Shown in pieces: positions 51,780-64,000 of a stretch of 64,000 nt of DNA. Below the pieces are notes generated by a model. That model ran no database searches. It saw nothing but the letters and a program-made list of their open reading frames with translations, and was not told where the DNA came from. Origin of the DNA: Cycas panzhihuaensis (Eukaryota; Plantae; Cycadophyta); contig CM041465.1 in assembly GCA_023213395.1 (NCBI GenBank), forward strand, positions 219,363,741 through 219,427,740. The letters run 5' to 3'. How positions within the stretch are numbered: position 1 is the first letter of the stretch; every line of letters starts with the position of its first letter. The position numbers and the translations under genes were made by a program.

Positions 51780-54700
51780 AGATCATAGTATCCTCTAGTT
51801 GAAAGACTTAGAATCCTCTAACCTAAGTTGTTATCAATACTAAGGATTTCTTAAAGTTAGACTTGTCTGATATTTATGATAAAGATAGCTCAACCATAAG
51901 GAAACTAAGAAGTTATGGCCTATTATAAGTAGGTTGTATAGTTGAAATAATACCTGATGTTTATGTACTTAAGATGTATGCTTCTCTATTTAATAAGGTT
52001 AATATGGTGGTCCTTGATAGGAAGGATAAACCCTTTTATCTCCTCATACAACTACATTTTTAAAGGATTTTAACACTACTATAACCCACCAAGATATTGT
52101 CTCTATGTAAGATTTACCATACCTCCAGGAAGAACAACTCCATAAATAGGACTATTTACTTATGGATGGAATGTGAGGCCCAAGAAATCATTACTAAGTC
52201 CACCTATCCTATCATTTCCCTTAAGTAGGATAAAAAGATTAAGGATTATTTGCTTGTGAAGGTTCTAAGTAGGTGGAGCAGTTTCCACTTACACCAATTC
52301 ATCACTTAAATTATGGTATTTTTATCAACAAGTAATGATGTTTTGAATTGGGCCTAGGGATCAATTAGCAAGTGTTCATACCAATTTTTATTTTTTATAT
52401 GATTACCTACTTCTAAGTGTTATTATCAGGAGTTTTAACTTCTAAAGGAGGTTTCTTGAAAATGAGGGTAATATATAGGTAAAGAAACCAATTAGCTTTT
52501 AGTACACTAAGCTATAAAGGAGAAAATTCATAAAGTGTTATTCCATAATAACTTATGCATTTATATATATAATTGAGTCTTATATAGGTGTCTGTGTGCA
52601 AACTTGATTCTTGATTATGTTCAAATTTGACTTATGGGAGAAGAGGGTGCTAAGAATGGAGATTATTTCCTAGAATAAAATGATTATATCATATGACTAT
52701 ATGGATTTTAAGAAAAGGCCTTAATTTTTCCCATGTGTCCAATGGAGAGAGTATGTATTTTTAAGATATGTAGGTAATTACATTTGATTTGGGATTCTTT
52801 ATATATATACAAAAAGGCTCTCATGCAAAAATTTCTTTAGATATTAAAGAGCATTCAATTAATTCTTAGTCATTCATTAAGAAATAAGGAAAGAAATAAA
52901 ATAATATCAATTTAAAGAAACCACCCCACAATATTATGATCCAGATAAGTCAATGGAAATTTATTTGATTTCTATTCAAATGGCTAACAAAACAAAGGAG
53001 CATATAGTTAGAGTTATTATGACCATGAAAAGAACCCAGAGAGTTATAAGAAATTAGTGTTTCATAAGTAGGGTCACTTCACTCTTCCTTTTAGTACTCA
53101 TTCTAAAAATAATATTAATAATGTTAATTTTGATGGTGTAAATAGTGGGATGAGGACTTAAGTAATAAAAAAGACCCAAAGCACAATTGCTTTATAAATA
53201 AGGCATTCTACAATTAGATCACCCTTTATTTCCTAGAGTAAAGATTCAAAGGCTAATTCAAAATATCTAGCACATTATTAAAGGAGGGTAAAGTTACAAA
53301 TAAGAGTCAAGTGACAAGTCCAAGCTAAGAGAAAACTCTAATTACTTTGGATGGTCTTAATAAAGAGTTAGCATAACTAGTTTTACAACCATAGGTCTTG
53401 GCCCAAATAAAGGGAATTAAAGAGGGTAAATCTTCTATTTTTTATAAAGATAGTAGTTTCACCATTATATTCATTTGGGATGCCAAGAAACAAATCATCT
53501 ATACAACTAAATCCACCCCCAAAAGAGGAGCAAAGGGAGTTGAGAAGGGAATAACCTTAGACTTTGATGTTTAGGAATCTATAATCTCAATGGGAAAATA
53601 CACTCTCATTAGAAGATCCAATCTTCATCTAGCCACTATCCATATGGTCAAAATTAATATAATAAAGTTGCAATGGAAGGTGGAAAAGTGGAATGCTTAG
53701 AGTAAATAATAGAAGAAGAAACATGAAGAAATTTATAAACTTTTTGTTGCACTTCCACTACAACAAGAACTACCCCTAGAATAAGGAGAAGAATACACTA
53801 TTATGGCCCTAGCTAATGTCATTACCCAAATCCTTAAATCTAAATAAATTCTAGAGGGATGCAATAAAGAAAAGAAAATCAATCATAGATAATGGATCAC
53901 TTCTTTTGGTAGGTCTTAATTAGATTACAAGAATTATTGAGCTAGATAGCTTGTATAAATAAAACCTTGAAGAAGAAAGAATTTACCTTCTAGGAGGCAC
54001 TAATAGTCTAATGGATAGAAATAAGAGGGATATTTGTCAATGCCTCACTGGACTTACTTTCTTCCTTAGAAAAATAGGAAGATGTCTTAAAAGTTACCTT
54101 AAGTGTATTGAAACGAGACATTCAATAGGTAAAATATATTGATAAGGAAATTAATCAAATTCTTGATGTTATGACATAAGGCCATTATGGAAATTAATAA
54201 CATTATTTATTAGAAGTAGATCTCAAATGTTATTACAGTATAGGTATCTTATTAGAAGTTGTTTTATTATTAGGAAGTTAATTTTTTAAGGATGGCTAAA
54301 TTTGACACCTATAAATAGAGAATTATTATCCACTTGTGAATCATCTTTTGTAAGTTAATCCATTTGGGGTCTTCTAACCATTTAGCACTTAATAGATCAT
54401 ATTCTACCTTTTATATTAGTTTTCTATATGTTTGTGGAAGCAGGTCTAATTTAGGATCTTTTCAAGTGGTATTAGCATCTTGAAATGGTATTAGAGCCTC
54501 ATTTTTGGTGTATTAAGGATCTACATTTTTAAGAGTATAAATGGAAGAATTTTAGATAAATAACTATGAATTTGAGTTTACTATGCCTATTTTAGAAATT
54601 TTAAGTGTTTATATTATAGGTTTTGAAGTAAAATTATAAAAATTATAGGGAATTTAGTTTTAACTTATTTCCCATTGCTATCTTTAGGACCTAAAATCTA

Positions 54701-57700
54701 CTTCTACAACTTCAAATGTCTATAACTTTAGTTATAGGTGTCTAATTGATCTCAATTTTTTTTTGAATCTATGTATATTAATATCTATTTTCTATTTAAA
54801 GTGGTTTTAGAATTATTAAATACTATAGAAATAAATTTATATATTTTTAGTAAGAGATACTATTACAGTCCTTAAGAGTGTAATTGTAACCCAGCTTACA
54901 AAGGCCATAACTTCCTTTATAAGGGTCAAATTTTGATTTTGTCTAAAGCATTAGAATTTTAATTTAAGAGTCTATATTATAATATATTAGAAAATTCATA
55001 ATTAAAATGGGAAAAATATAAGCATTAGAAGAATTATAGAGCTTTGCTTAGGATACTAGAAACTTGAGATAGTTACATACCCAAAAAGAGTGGACTCAAA
55101 TTTTTGATCCTTTAAAGTGGAAACTTAGAGGAACATGGAAATGATACATAAAAAATTAGACCATACTTAATAAAAGTTCAACATTGAGATAGTTAAACTA
55201 ACTAAGATGATAGAAATAGGGACCATTTTCAAAGGCCTTAAAAGGGATGGCAATCTAAGGAATCCTAGTAATAGCAATAAAAATGAAGAAGATCAAAAGG
55301 AAAATAAAAGATACTATGATAATCAAAGGAATCATAGAAGAAATGATTACTTTCAATAACTAATTTTTGACTTTTAATAACCATGTTTTTGCTATAATCT
55401 TTAGATACCAACTTACTCACAAGACAGTAAAATTGAAGCAGATGAATGGCTAACAAAAATAGAAAATACCATCAATGCACTACATATTAGTGATGCCAAA
55501 TATTAAATAAACTTTATTATAGAGGACCTTAAAGGGCATATGCACATATTGGCTATGTTGTAGAAAAGAGAAGGAAAAACCTATAATTTTAAATAATTTG
55601 TGGAAGTCTTTAAAGAATAAATAGAAGATAATTGGAGTGATCTTTATCCTATCCAATTAGCATATTATTTTCAAAATGGATGATCTATCAAAGAGTATAC
55701 AAATAAGTTTGAAAAACTCCAATTAAAGGCTAGAATTGCTTCTAAGAAAGCACTCCCATATTATGTCAATAATCCACAACCTAAGATTGGTGAAGATGTT
55801 CATTGTTTCACCCCAAGCACCTTTAGCTTAGTTATTTGAATGGTAAGACAAATTGAATCTTATCTCTAAAATGCTTAGAGGTGATTCCAAATAACATCAT
55901 ATCAACCAATATATAAGCCAACAGGACCAAGTAGCCAATGATTCCAAAATTATCAAAATAGTAGTTATAGTACATATGAGCCAACAGGAGTAATACAAAG
56001 GGATAAAGAGATAGAAAGAGCTAAGGAAAGAACACTTGGCATATGTCATAGTTGTAAGAAACCTTGGATCAAGGGATATAAGTGTATCAATAAGAAACTA
56101 TACAGCATTGAAGTAGATATTAAAGATGAAGAAATAGAAAAATAGTAAGGACTAGAGTATGTACAAGAGGAGGAAGAAATAAACTAATTAAAGAAGTTGG
56201 ATGATGGCCAACCCATGGTCTCTTCATTAGCCATGTTAAGGATAATACTACCTAATACCATCAAACTTTATAGATAGCTTAGAAATGAGAAGGTAATCAT
56301 CCCCATTAATCTAGGTAGCACATATAATTTCATTAATATATAGAAAGGTCAGAAGGTTAGGGATATGTATGGAGAAAAAGAAGTTCAAAATATCACTTAT
56401 AGGAAACCAGGTGTTAACATGCTAGGGTGAAGATAAATATGAATAACTAGATATAGGAAATTATGATTTTTTTATAAATTATTATTCCCTTAACATGAGG
56501 GGTTTTGATATAGCCTTAGGAGTTGAATGGTTGAGGATGTTAGGGACTTATGCTTTAAACCACAACAAAAACTCCATCATGTTTAATTTAGAGGGGAAGA
56601 AATACCAATTAAATGGTACTAATACTCTAAGATCAAAAGTCATATCAGTAAAAAGGATGGGAAATATTATTTACAAAGTCTATTTGAAGTTCATCATAAT
56701 GTTATCCTCCATGCAAGTAGAGACCCCTAAGAGCAAACTACCACCAAAGTAAGAGAAGGAAATAAATGAACTTGTAGACCACTACTAAGATGTCTTCTAA
56801 GAGTTATGAAGGACTCCACCACTAAGCTGAAATATGGAGCATATCATTGAGTTGGAACCAAGGAGGGGGGCTACTATCATTCACCTATATTATTATGGGA
56901 ATAAGTAAAAGTTAGAAATAGGAAGGCTCATGCAAGATTTATTGGATTTGGGTGCCATAATACCAAGTAAAATCCCTTATGTACCACTTGTTATCTTAAG
57001 TAGAAAAAAAGGTGTGTCCTTCCAAATATGCATTGATTATAGTGCCCTAAATAGGATAATATTAAAGAACAAATATATCATTCCATGTATGGATGATATT
57101 ATAGATGAGCTATATAGAGGTAGATATTTTTCTAAATTTTATTTACATTCTAGATATTATTAAATACCGATTCAACCTTAAGACATAGAGAAAATAATTT
57201 TTTGAATAATCCAACGGCTATATAAGTCTAAGGTGATGCCATTTGGACTAACTAATGCCCAAACAACACTCTAAGAAAATATAAACTATGTATTTGTGCC
57301 TTTTCTAAGAAGTTTTATCATAGTTTTCTTTGATGATATTCTTATGTATGGTAAGATTTGGCAGGAATATTTAGGGCACATCTAACAAACATTTTAGGTC
57401 CTTTAAGAAAATCATTTTTTTGCAAAGAGATTGAAGTGCTATTTTGGAAGGAGGACCCTTAAATATCTTAGATATATCATTTTAGAAGATGGAATTAAAA
57501 TTGATCTTGTAAAAATAGAAGCTATTCTCAATTAGTCCATATCTAAAAATATGTCAAAACTCAGGAGATTTCTAGGAACCATAAGATACTATTGAAAGTT
57601 CATTAAAGGATATGCTAATATAGTTGGACCCCTTATTTACCTTATCAAGAAGGATAACTTTAACTATGATAAGAATTCTAATTCAAGTTTTGAGAAATTA

Positions 57701-60250
57701 AAAGAGACCATTACCATTACACTAGTCTTATGCCCAATTTCTCCTAATTATTTATAGTAGAATGTGATGCATCAGGTATAGGAGTAGGCACAACTCTACT
57801 TTAAAATGGCCATCCTATTTCATATGAGAGATAAAAATAAAATCTATAAGAAAGAGCCAAGAGTACATATGATAAAGAGATGTTATCCATTCTACATGCC
57901 TTAATAAAATAGAGGTAGTACTTATTAGAAATAAAATATGTTATTAGGATAGGCCACCATAGCCTAAAATATTTCTTGATACAATAAAACTTATATGAGG
58001 AGCAATAAAAATAGATTAGTAAGATCCAAGGCTATGACTTTGAAATCTCATATAAAAATAAAAAGAGAACATTATAATGGACATATTATCAAGAAAATTT
58101 GAAGATGTTAAATACTATATTATCACAATAATTAAGCCTACATGGATTGAGGAATTACACTAAGAATACTCATAAGACAAAGAAGTGAAGGCCATCATAG
58201 ATAAAAGTCTTGAAGAATTAAAAGAGACTTCTTGGACAAAAAGGGATAATACCCTTTTTTATAAGAATATGATCTACTTACCTCAAAATTCATAGTTTAA
58301 GAAGGCAGCCCTCAAAGAGCATTATGATTCACCCATAGTTGGGCACTCAAGGTTCCTTAAGACCTATGAGAATATAAGGAGATCATTTACTAGAGAGGAA
58401 TGAAGTTTGATATAAAGAAGTTTATTTTAGAATGTGATACTTACTAGAGAACAAAAGTGGAATCGGTACAAACTCTAGGAATGTTTTAACCCCTAGATCA
58501 ACTCGAGCAAAAATGGGAAGAAATTTCTATAGACTTTATAACTAACCTTCTAAAATCAAGAACAAAAGATGTATTATTTATCATAGTCAATTACTTGATG
58601 AAATATATATATTTTATTCATATTCAATCATCCTATAAGGCATCTTAAATAATTGAAATATTCATAGAGAATATCCATAGATTACATGGTTTTCCTTAAA
58701 AAAAATAATGATAAGGATCCTAAATTCATAAGCCCTTTTTGGATTGATCTATTCAAATTGGTAGGGACCCAACTTACCATGACCACAACATACCACCCCT
58801 AAATAGATGGATAAACCAAAGTAGCTAACAAATTTTTTGAAACATACCTATATTGTTATTCTAAAGATAACTAGTCCATATAGATAAAATGGATTTACTC
58901 AGCTAAATATTAGTGTAATACTAATTACCACACATCCATTAAAACAACACCCTTCATGGAATTCTATGGTTACCCCCCTCCTACACTAGTGGACTATATT
59001 CAGAATACAATAAAAATCCCAGTGGATAAGGAACTAATAACATAATATGAAAGAATTTTAGAAGAACTTAAAGAAAAGTTATAATATTGTAAGGAATTGG
59101 ATGAAACAGTATATAGATAAAAAGAGAATTAAAAGATAATTCAAGGAAGGAGACTAGGTTTATATAAAACTATATCCATATAACTAAACCTCCCTTAAAT
59201 AGTAAAGTAAATACAAACTAGTACCAATATTTTATGGCCCATACAAAATTTGGAGAAGGGTTGGAGAAATAGCTTATACCCTTGATCTACCAAAAGAAAG
59301 TAGAATTTATGGTGTTTTCTATGTATTTAAACTTAAAGTAAAGATAGCATATCATATAGGAACAACGACTAAAATACCCATGATAGATAATGAGGGGAGG
59401 CTTATGATGGAACCTAAAGCCATTGTGGATACCTAACAATGCAAACTTAGATTGTAAAATATTACAAAATACTTAAGTAAGTAGAAAGAGCTACCATGAC
59501 AAGAGGAAAATTAGGAAAATGAATAATTCATCCTAAATCACCAATCATTACCTACTCTTTGTGGGTAAAGTGAGTTTTCTAAGGAAAGGGACTTATTGTG
59601 ACCCAAGGTCATTATGGAAATTGATAAAATTATTTATTATAAGCCAGTCTCAAATATTATTAGGCTATAGGAATCTTATTGGAAGTTGGTTTTATTATTA
59701 GGAAGTTGTTTTTTTTAAGGATGATTAAATTTAACACCTATAAATAGAGAACTATTATTCACTTGTAAATTATCTTTTGTGAGTTAATCCATTTAGGGTC
59801 TTTTGACCATTTAGATATTAGGAGCTTCTATTGAGCTTTTTATATTAGTTTTCTTTATGTTTGTGAAAGTAGGTCCAATTTAGGATCTCTTTGCTTAAGG
59901 AGTTTAAGAAATAATGCTTAAGTATTCATTTACCTAATCCTTTTAACAAAAATTTAAACCCCGTAGAGAAGAGTTAATATTTAACAACATTAATAAGCAA
60001 AGAAGAGGTGATTAATAAAAGTACTAAAATCTAAAACTTAGATATACACCTTCTTTGGCTCTATTGTAAAGCATTCCACCTTTGAATAAAAGATAAGCCT
60101 GCATCATATTAAGTCTGAGAAAATTTAAGCCCACCTAAGTAATTTAGAAGACCACATATTACTAATCAAGTTTGAGTTACTATAAGATTTCAAAGGTGAC
60201 ATAGAGAAAATGAAGCAAGTGGTAGTAGGTACTAAAGATAATGCTTGAAT
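51780..60250 (+). pseudogene. Long decayed accessory ORF of unknown function (51780-54166 and 59899-~60250), split by chromovirus 3
   Basis: Readable segments: SSS*KT..KDFL..IRKLRSYGLL..VLKMYASLF; LLVKVLSR..VLNWA..FYMITY (~52400); YII*LYGF*EKALIFP..ERV..ICR*L (52682-52780); K/E-rich C-terminal part. No gag or pol motifs. Confidence 0.5.
54167..59893 (+). mobile_element. Full-length decayed chromovirus (Reina-like, a different family from copies 1 and 2)
   Basis: LTRs at 54167-54464 and 59594-59893. TSD CTTGA/CTTAA. PBS TGGTATTAGAGC (54486). PPT AAGGAAAGGGACT (59581-59593). PR FDIALGVEWL; RT CIDYSALN..FFDDILMY; RH VECDASG; INT; chromodomain MEPKAIVD (~59410). Confidence 0.93.
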
Positions 60251-61605
60251 GGTTGAGTCAGTTACACTATTTTACATAATCATTCATCATCCATTAGAGC
60301 ATAAAAAGAGAAGACAAACTTGGGTTTTACTTAGTTCCATTTTCTATTAGCTTCTTCTTCTTCCTCCTGTCTTCCTCTAAAACTCTTATAGAGCTATTCT
60401 TCTTTGGAATAATGAATTATAAAAAAAACCATTTCTTGGGATTGATTTATTTTCCTTTATAATAAGGCTTGATTTCATTTAATGTTATCATTTTTTTTTT
60501 AATTTATATGAAAAACTTAAAAGGCCAATTAATAAGAACTAGTTATAATTACTCTCTTAATTTATATATTTTGAACTTAACAATGAGATGGAGATTCATT
60601 TGACTACTCATATCTATTAAATGAGTGGATGCCTTTAGTCTTGAAATGGTCTTTTCATTTATTATTCTTCTCTTGAATTCAGTTAGATTATCTTTCGTTG
60701 AGTTATATATTTAGTCTCGTTACTATGAATGTTGTCTGATTATACGATAGATAGTTTTTGCTTTATATTATGATCACTTAGAAATATAATAATATTTTAT
60801 TTGTATTTTAATTCTCCATTATACATTTTGAATAGTTATCCAAGATTCATGTTTGTTGGCATAAGAACACATCATAGACCAGTCCCTCATTACATTATCT
60901 TATCTATTAGAAGAAGCATACAAATTTGGCCAACAAATTTGTTGACCATAATCAAAAGGCTTTTTCTCTAGTTAGTCTCTTATTCTTTCATTCTTTTCTT
61001 CCTTTTCTTTAATACCCATGTCTTGTGATTAGGTTTTCTAACTTGGATTCCTCTAAAAAGCCATATATTTACTAGAAAAAGATAGAGGGCATTAAAGAAT
61101 AACTTCTTCATTTCCATCTTGGCAAAAAACCTAAAGGCACTTTGGGTCCTCTTCCTCAAGGTTTTGAATATGAATCAAAGGAAGAATAAACTCTACAATC
61201 TAGTTAAAGAAATTACTTCTACTACTAAGAAAGTAAATCTAATTAGGATTCATCTATAGATATGGATGATTTAAATGCTAGTAGGAACTATTGATGGGGT
61301 TAATGTTCCTCACCTAACTCCCACCTTAGAAACATGTGAGTACTCACTTATTTATGATAAGTTAAGGTAAGATTACTTTATTATACATTATCATTATTTT
61401 ATATTATTTTAAATTTGGAGGTTGAGGAGGTTTACCTCCTTCCTCCTAAGTATATATCTTATGGGGTTCTAAACCCTAGTATTCATCAACACCACTAACT
61501 ATTAGAAATCAAGTGTACTCTCTTCATAATGGGTTAATGCAATGCTACTTCACAAGTGTATTTTGAATATGGCTTGATTTACATGATTTTATCTATTACT
61601 TTAGT

Positions 61606-61657
61606 AAATTCTAACATAGTATCAGAGCTGTGATCAAATTCTAACATGGTATCAAAG
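61606..61657 (+). other. LTR 3' end plus PBS-Met present twice (30-bp period), truncated by the next insertion
   Basis: AAATTCTAACA-TAGTATCAGAGC then AAATTCTAACA-TGGTATCAAAG. Confidence 0.75.
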
Positions 61658-64000
61658 TGTAGATCTTGGTCACTTATATTAAAACTATTTAGAAACATGA
61701 AATCATATACAAATATTCCCAACCACATAATCTTTTACCATACATAGTAAGCAAATAAATATACACAAATAATAGATGCATAGTACACAGGAATTTACAT
61801 GGGAAAACCCTTTCTGCCAAAACTGACCACAAAAAGATCCTTAATGGACCACTTGATTATTTCACAATGAATTGATATAATGATTCTTAGATGTTGAATA
61901 CACAAAGCCTCAAGGCATTTATACTGTCCTAAGAGGTGTCACTCAATTAGGGTTGTGACCTCTGAATAAGTCACATATTTTTGGCTTCACACCTTTTTAC
62001 TTAATTAAACCACATTAACATTAACTAAGTGGCTTAATAATTAACTTCCACATTAACATCCCCCCTTAATGTGAATGTGGGGAGCCTACCAACTGCAATA
62101 ACTGTGTTATCACAAGGCTAGGATTCTCCTGTGTCTTCTTTATCCTTATCGATACATCCCCCCTCAAGGATAACATTGATGAGTCCAAGTCTGGTACATA
62201 TCTTCGTGAATTGATCTTTAGTGAGAGGTTTGGTAAACATATCCACAAGCTAGAATTTAGTTGGGTAGTAGTCAACCTATAACTTCCCTCATTTAAGTTG
62301 TTCACAAATGTAATGGTGCTAAATCTCATTGTGCTTCATACACATATGAAACTCTAGATTCTTTGATAGGAAAATAGTACTTTGGTTATCAATAAAGACA
62401 ACTGGGTATCCATTTGAAACTCTAAGAAACTCCAAGAAACTTTGAAACCATACGACTTCTTTTGCACCTGCATTGAGTCCTTGATATTCTGCCTCTATAG
62501 AAGAGAGTGCTATTGTATATTACTTCTTTGACTATCACAAAATAAATCCATTACCAACACTAAACAGGTACCCACTAGCGGACTTATGATTATCAGAATC
62601 TCCTCCCCAATTAGCATTTGTGTAGCCATGCAATTGTATCTCTTCACCTAGATGGTATTCGAGACCAAGATTAATAGTCCCATTCAAATACTTCAGAATC
62701 TACTTCATTGTAAACAAATGAGGTTCCTAAGGATTCTACATATATCAGGAAACCAACTTGATAGTGTATGCAATATCAGGCCTGGTATGAGTCAAATAGA
62801 TTAGACTCCATACCAACTAGTGATACTTTATGCCATCCACAGAGGGCTTGGCCATATTCCTCTATAGCCTTGTGCCTTTTACAGATGGTGTTACAACTAG
62901 TTTGTAATTAAGGAATGTAGACTTTATGTCCATTTGATGTAACTCTCAACCATAAGTTACTACTAAGAAAATCAATAAATGGATTGTTGTCATTCTAGAG
63001 ACTGGTGCAAATGTCTCCTCATAGTCAATTCCTTCTTTCTGCTTGAATCCTTACGTAACAAGTCTGGCCTTAAACTTATTCACCTCTCCATTAGAGTAGA
63101 ATTTTGTCTTGTAGACCTACTTGCATCCTAAAAGATTCTTTATCATAGGTAGTGGAACTAAATCCCATGTGTTATTTTTCAGTATAGAACTATACTCCTC
63201 CTCCTTTGTAGCTCTCCATCTTAGATCTCTTTTTTCTCCAAGATCACTAGAGTTATTGGTGTCTACTAGCAGAGTTTGACTAGCATGATGACTTCATGTT
63301 CTTCGATCATCAGTTAAGGTATGCATCACCATACCTGAATCTTCTAGAGTCTTCCTTGCCTATAAAGGTATTGAAGGACCTATTGTTTGAGGTACTTCAA
63401 CTCATAATGGCTCCTAACTATTACTTATTCCACTTGATCATGCTTCCTTAGGTGTTTTATCGATTAGCTCATTGTCCTCTTCGCTTGATGAATTCGGGAA
63501 TGGGAGAAGTGGGGGTAAAAAGGTTCCTCTGATGATTGGTCAACAGGATACGTTGATGTCTCATCAAATTTGACATCTCAACTAACTATAATATTCTCCT
63601 CCTGTGGATCCCATAGTCTGTAGGCTTTATTCTCAATGTAATAGCCCATGAATATGCACTTTAGACTTTTCTCATCCAACTTCTTTTGGGTATCATCTGG
63701 GATGTGGGCGTATGTGATACACCTAAACATTATTAAATGGCTAATGATAAGCTTATAACTGGTCCATTTTTCTTTGGGGGTCATGCTATGAACTGCTTAA
63801 CTGGGTACCCAATTCAAAATATAAACAACAGTCACCACAACTTTTGCCCAAAACTTTGGTATTAGGTTTTTACCATACACCATACACCTCGCCATCTCTA
63901 TCATTGTACGATTCTTTCTTTTAACAACTCCATTTTATTGTGGGGTATACGGGACCATAAATTCTTACTTTATACCATGATCATAGTAAAATTGATTGAA
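61658..64000 (-). mobile_element. Decayed Ty1/copia 3' portion (INT, partial RT, RH, PPT, 3' LTR 61658-62058)
   Basis: INT PQ*NGVVKRKNRT..YAHIPDDTQKKLDEKSLKC; RT FKARLVT*GFKQKEGIDYEETFAPV; RH GYTNANW..LSSIEAEY; PPT AAGGGGGGA (reverse complement at 62059-62067); LTR TGTTAA..TCTACA. Confidence 0.92.

Overview
AT-rich plant nuclear DNA, most likely from a large gymnosperm-type genome (inferred from the transposon lineages and their decay pattern). There is one intact host gene, an auxin carrier of the PIN-LIKES family (PILS2-type) with an intron-free CDS at 8544-9899 (-). The rest is mostly nested, decayed retrotransposons. (1) A Ty1/copia 3' half with a ~1.3 kb internal tandem duplication (1-4401). 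(2) Two independent full-length copies of one Reina-like chromovirus (12915-19504 and 24458-31155, both -, each with its own TSD), sitting in a Tat/Retand-like relic whose RT/RNase H/integrase core is deleted. (3) A three-layer nest: a full-length L1 LINE (39659-46008) inside a CRM-type chromovirus (36282-48755) inside a copia gag (~36000-50740). (4) A long decayed accessory ORF of unknown function, split by a third chromovirus (54167-59893). (5) A minus-strand copia 3' end (61658-64000). The most notable observations are a PILS2 coding exon bracketed by candidate splice sites exactly 2 nt outside both the start and stop codons, tandem duplication of the primer-binding site in three unrelated elements, a conserved structured ~1.3 kb chromovirus leader, and the ~2.7 kb orphan accessory ORF. 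All calls were made by eye and no database search was run.
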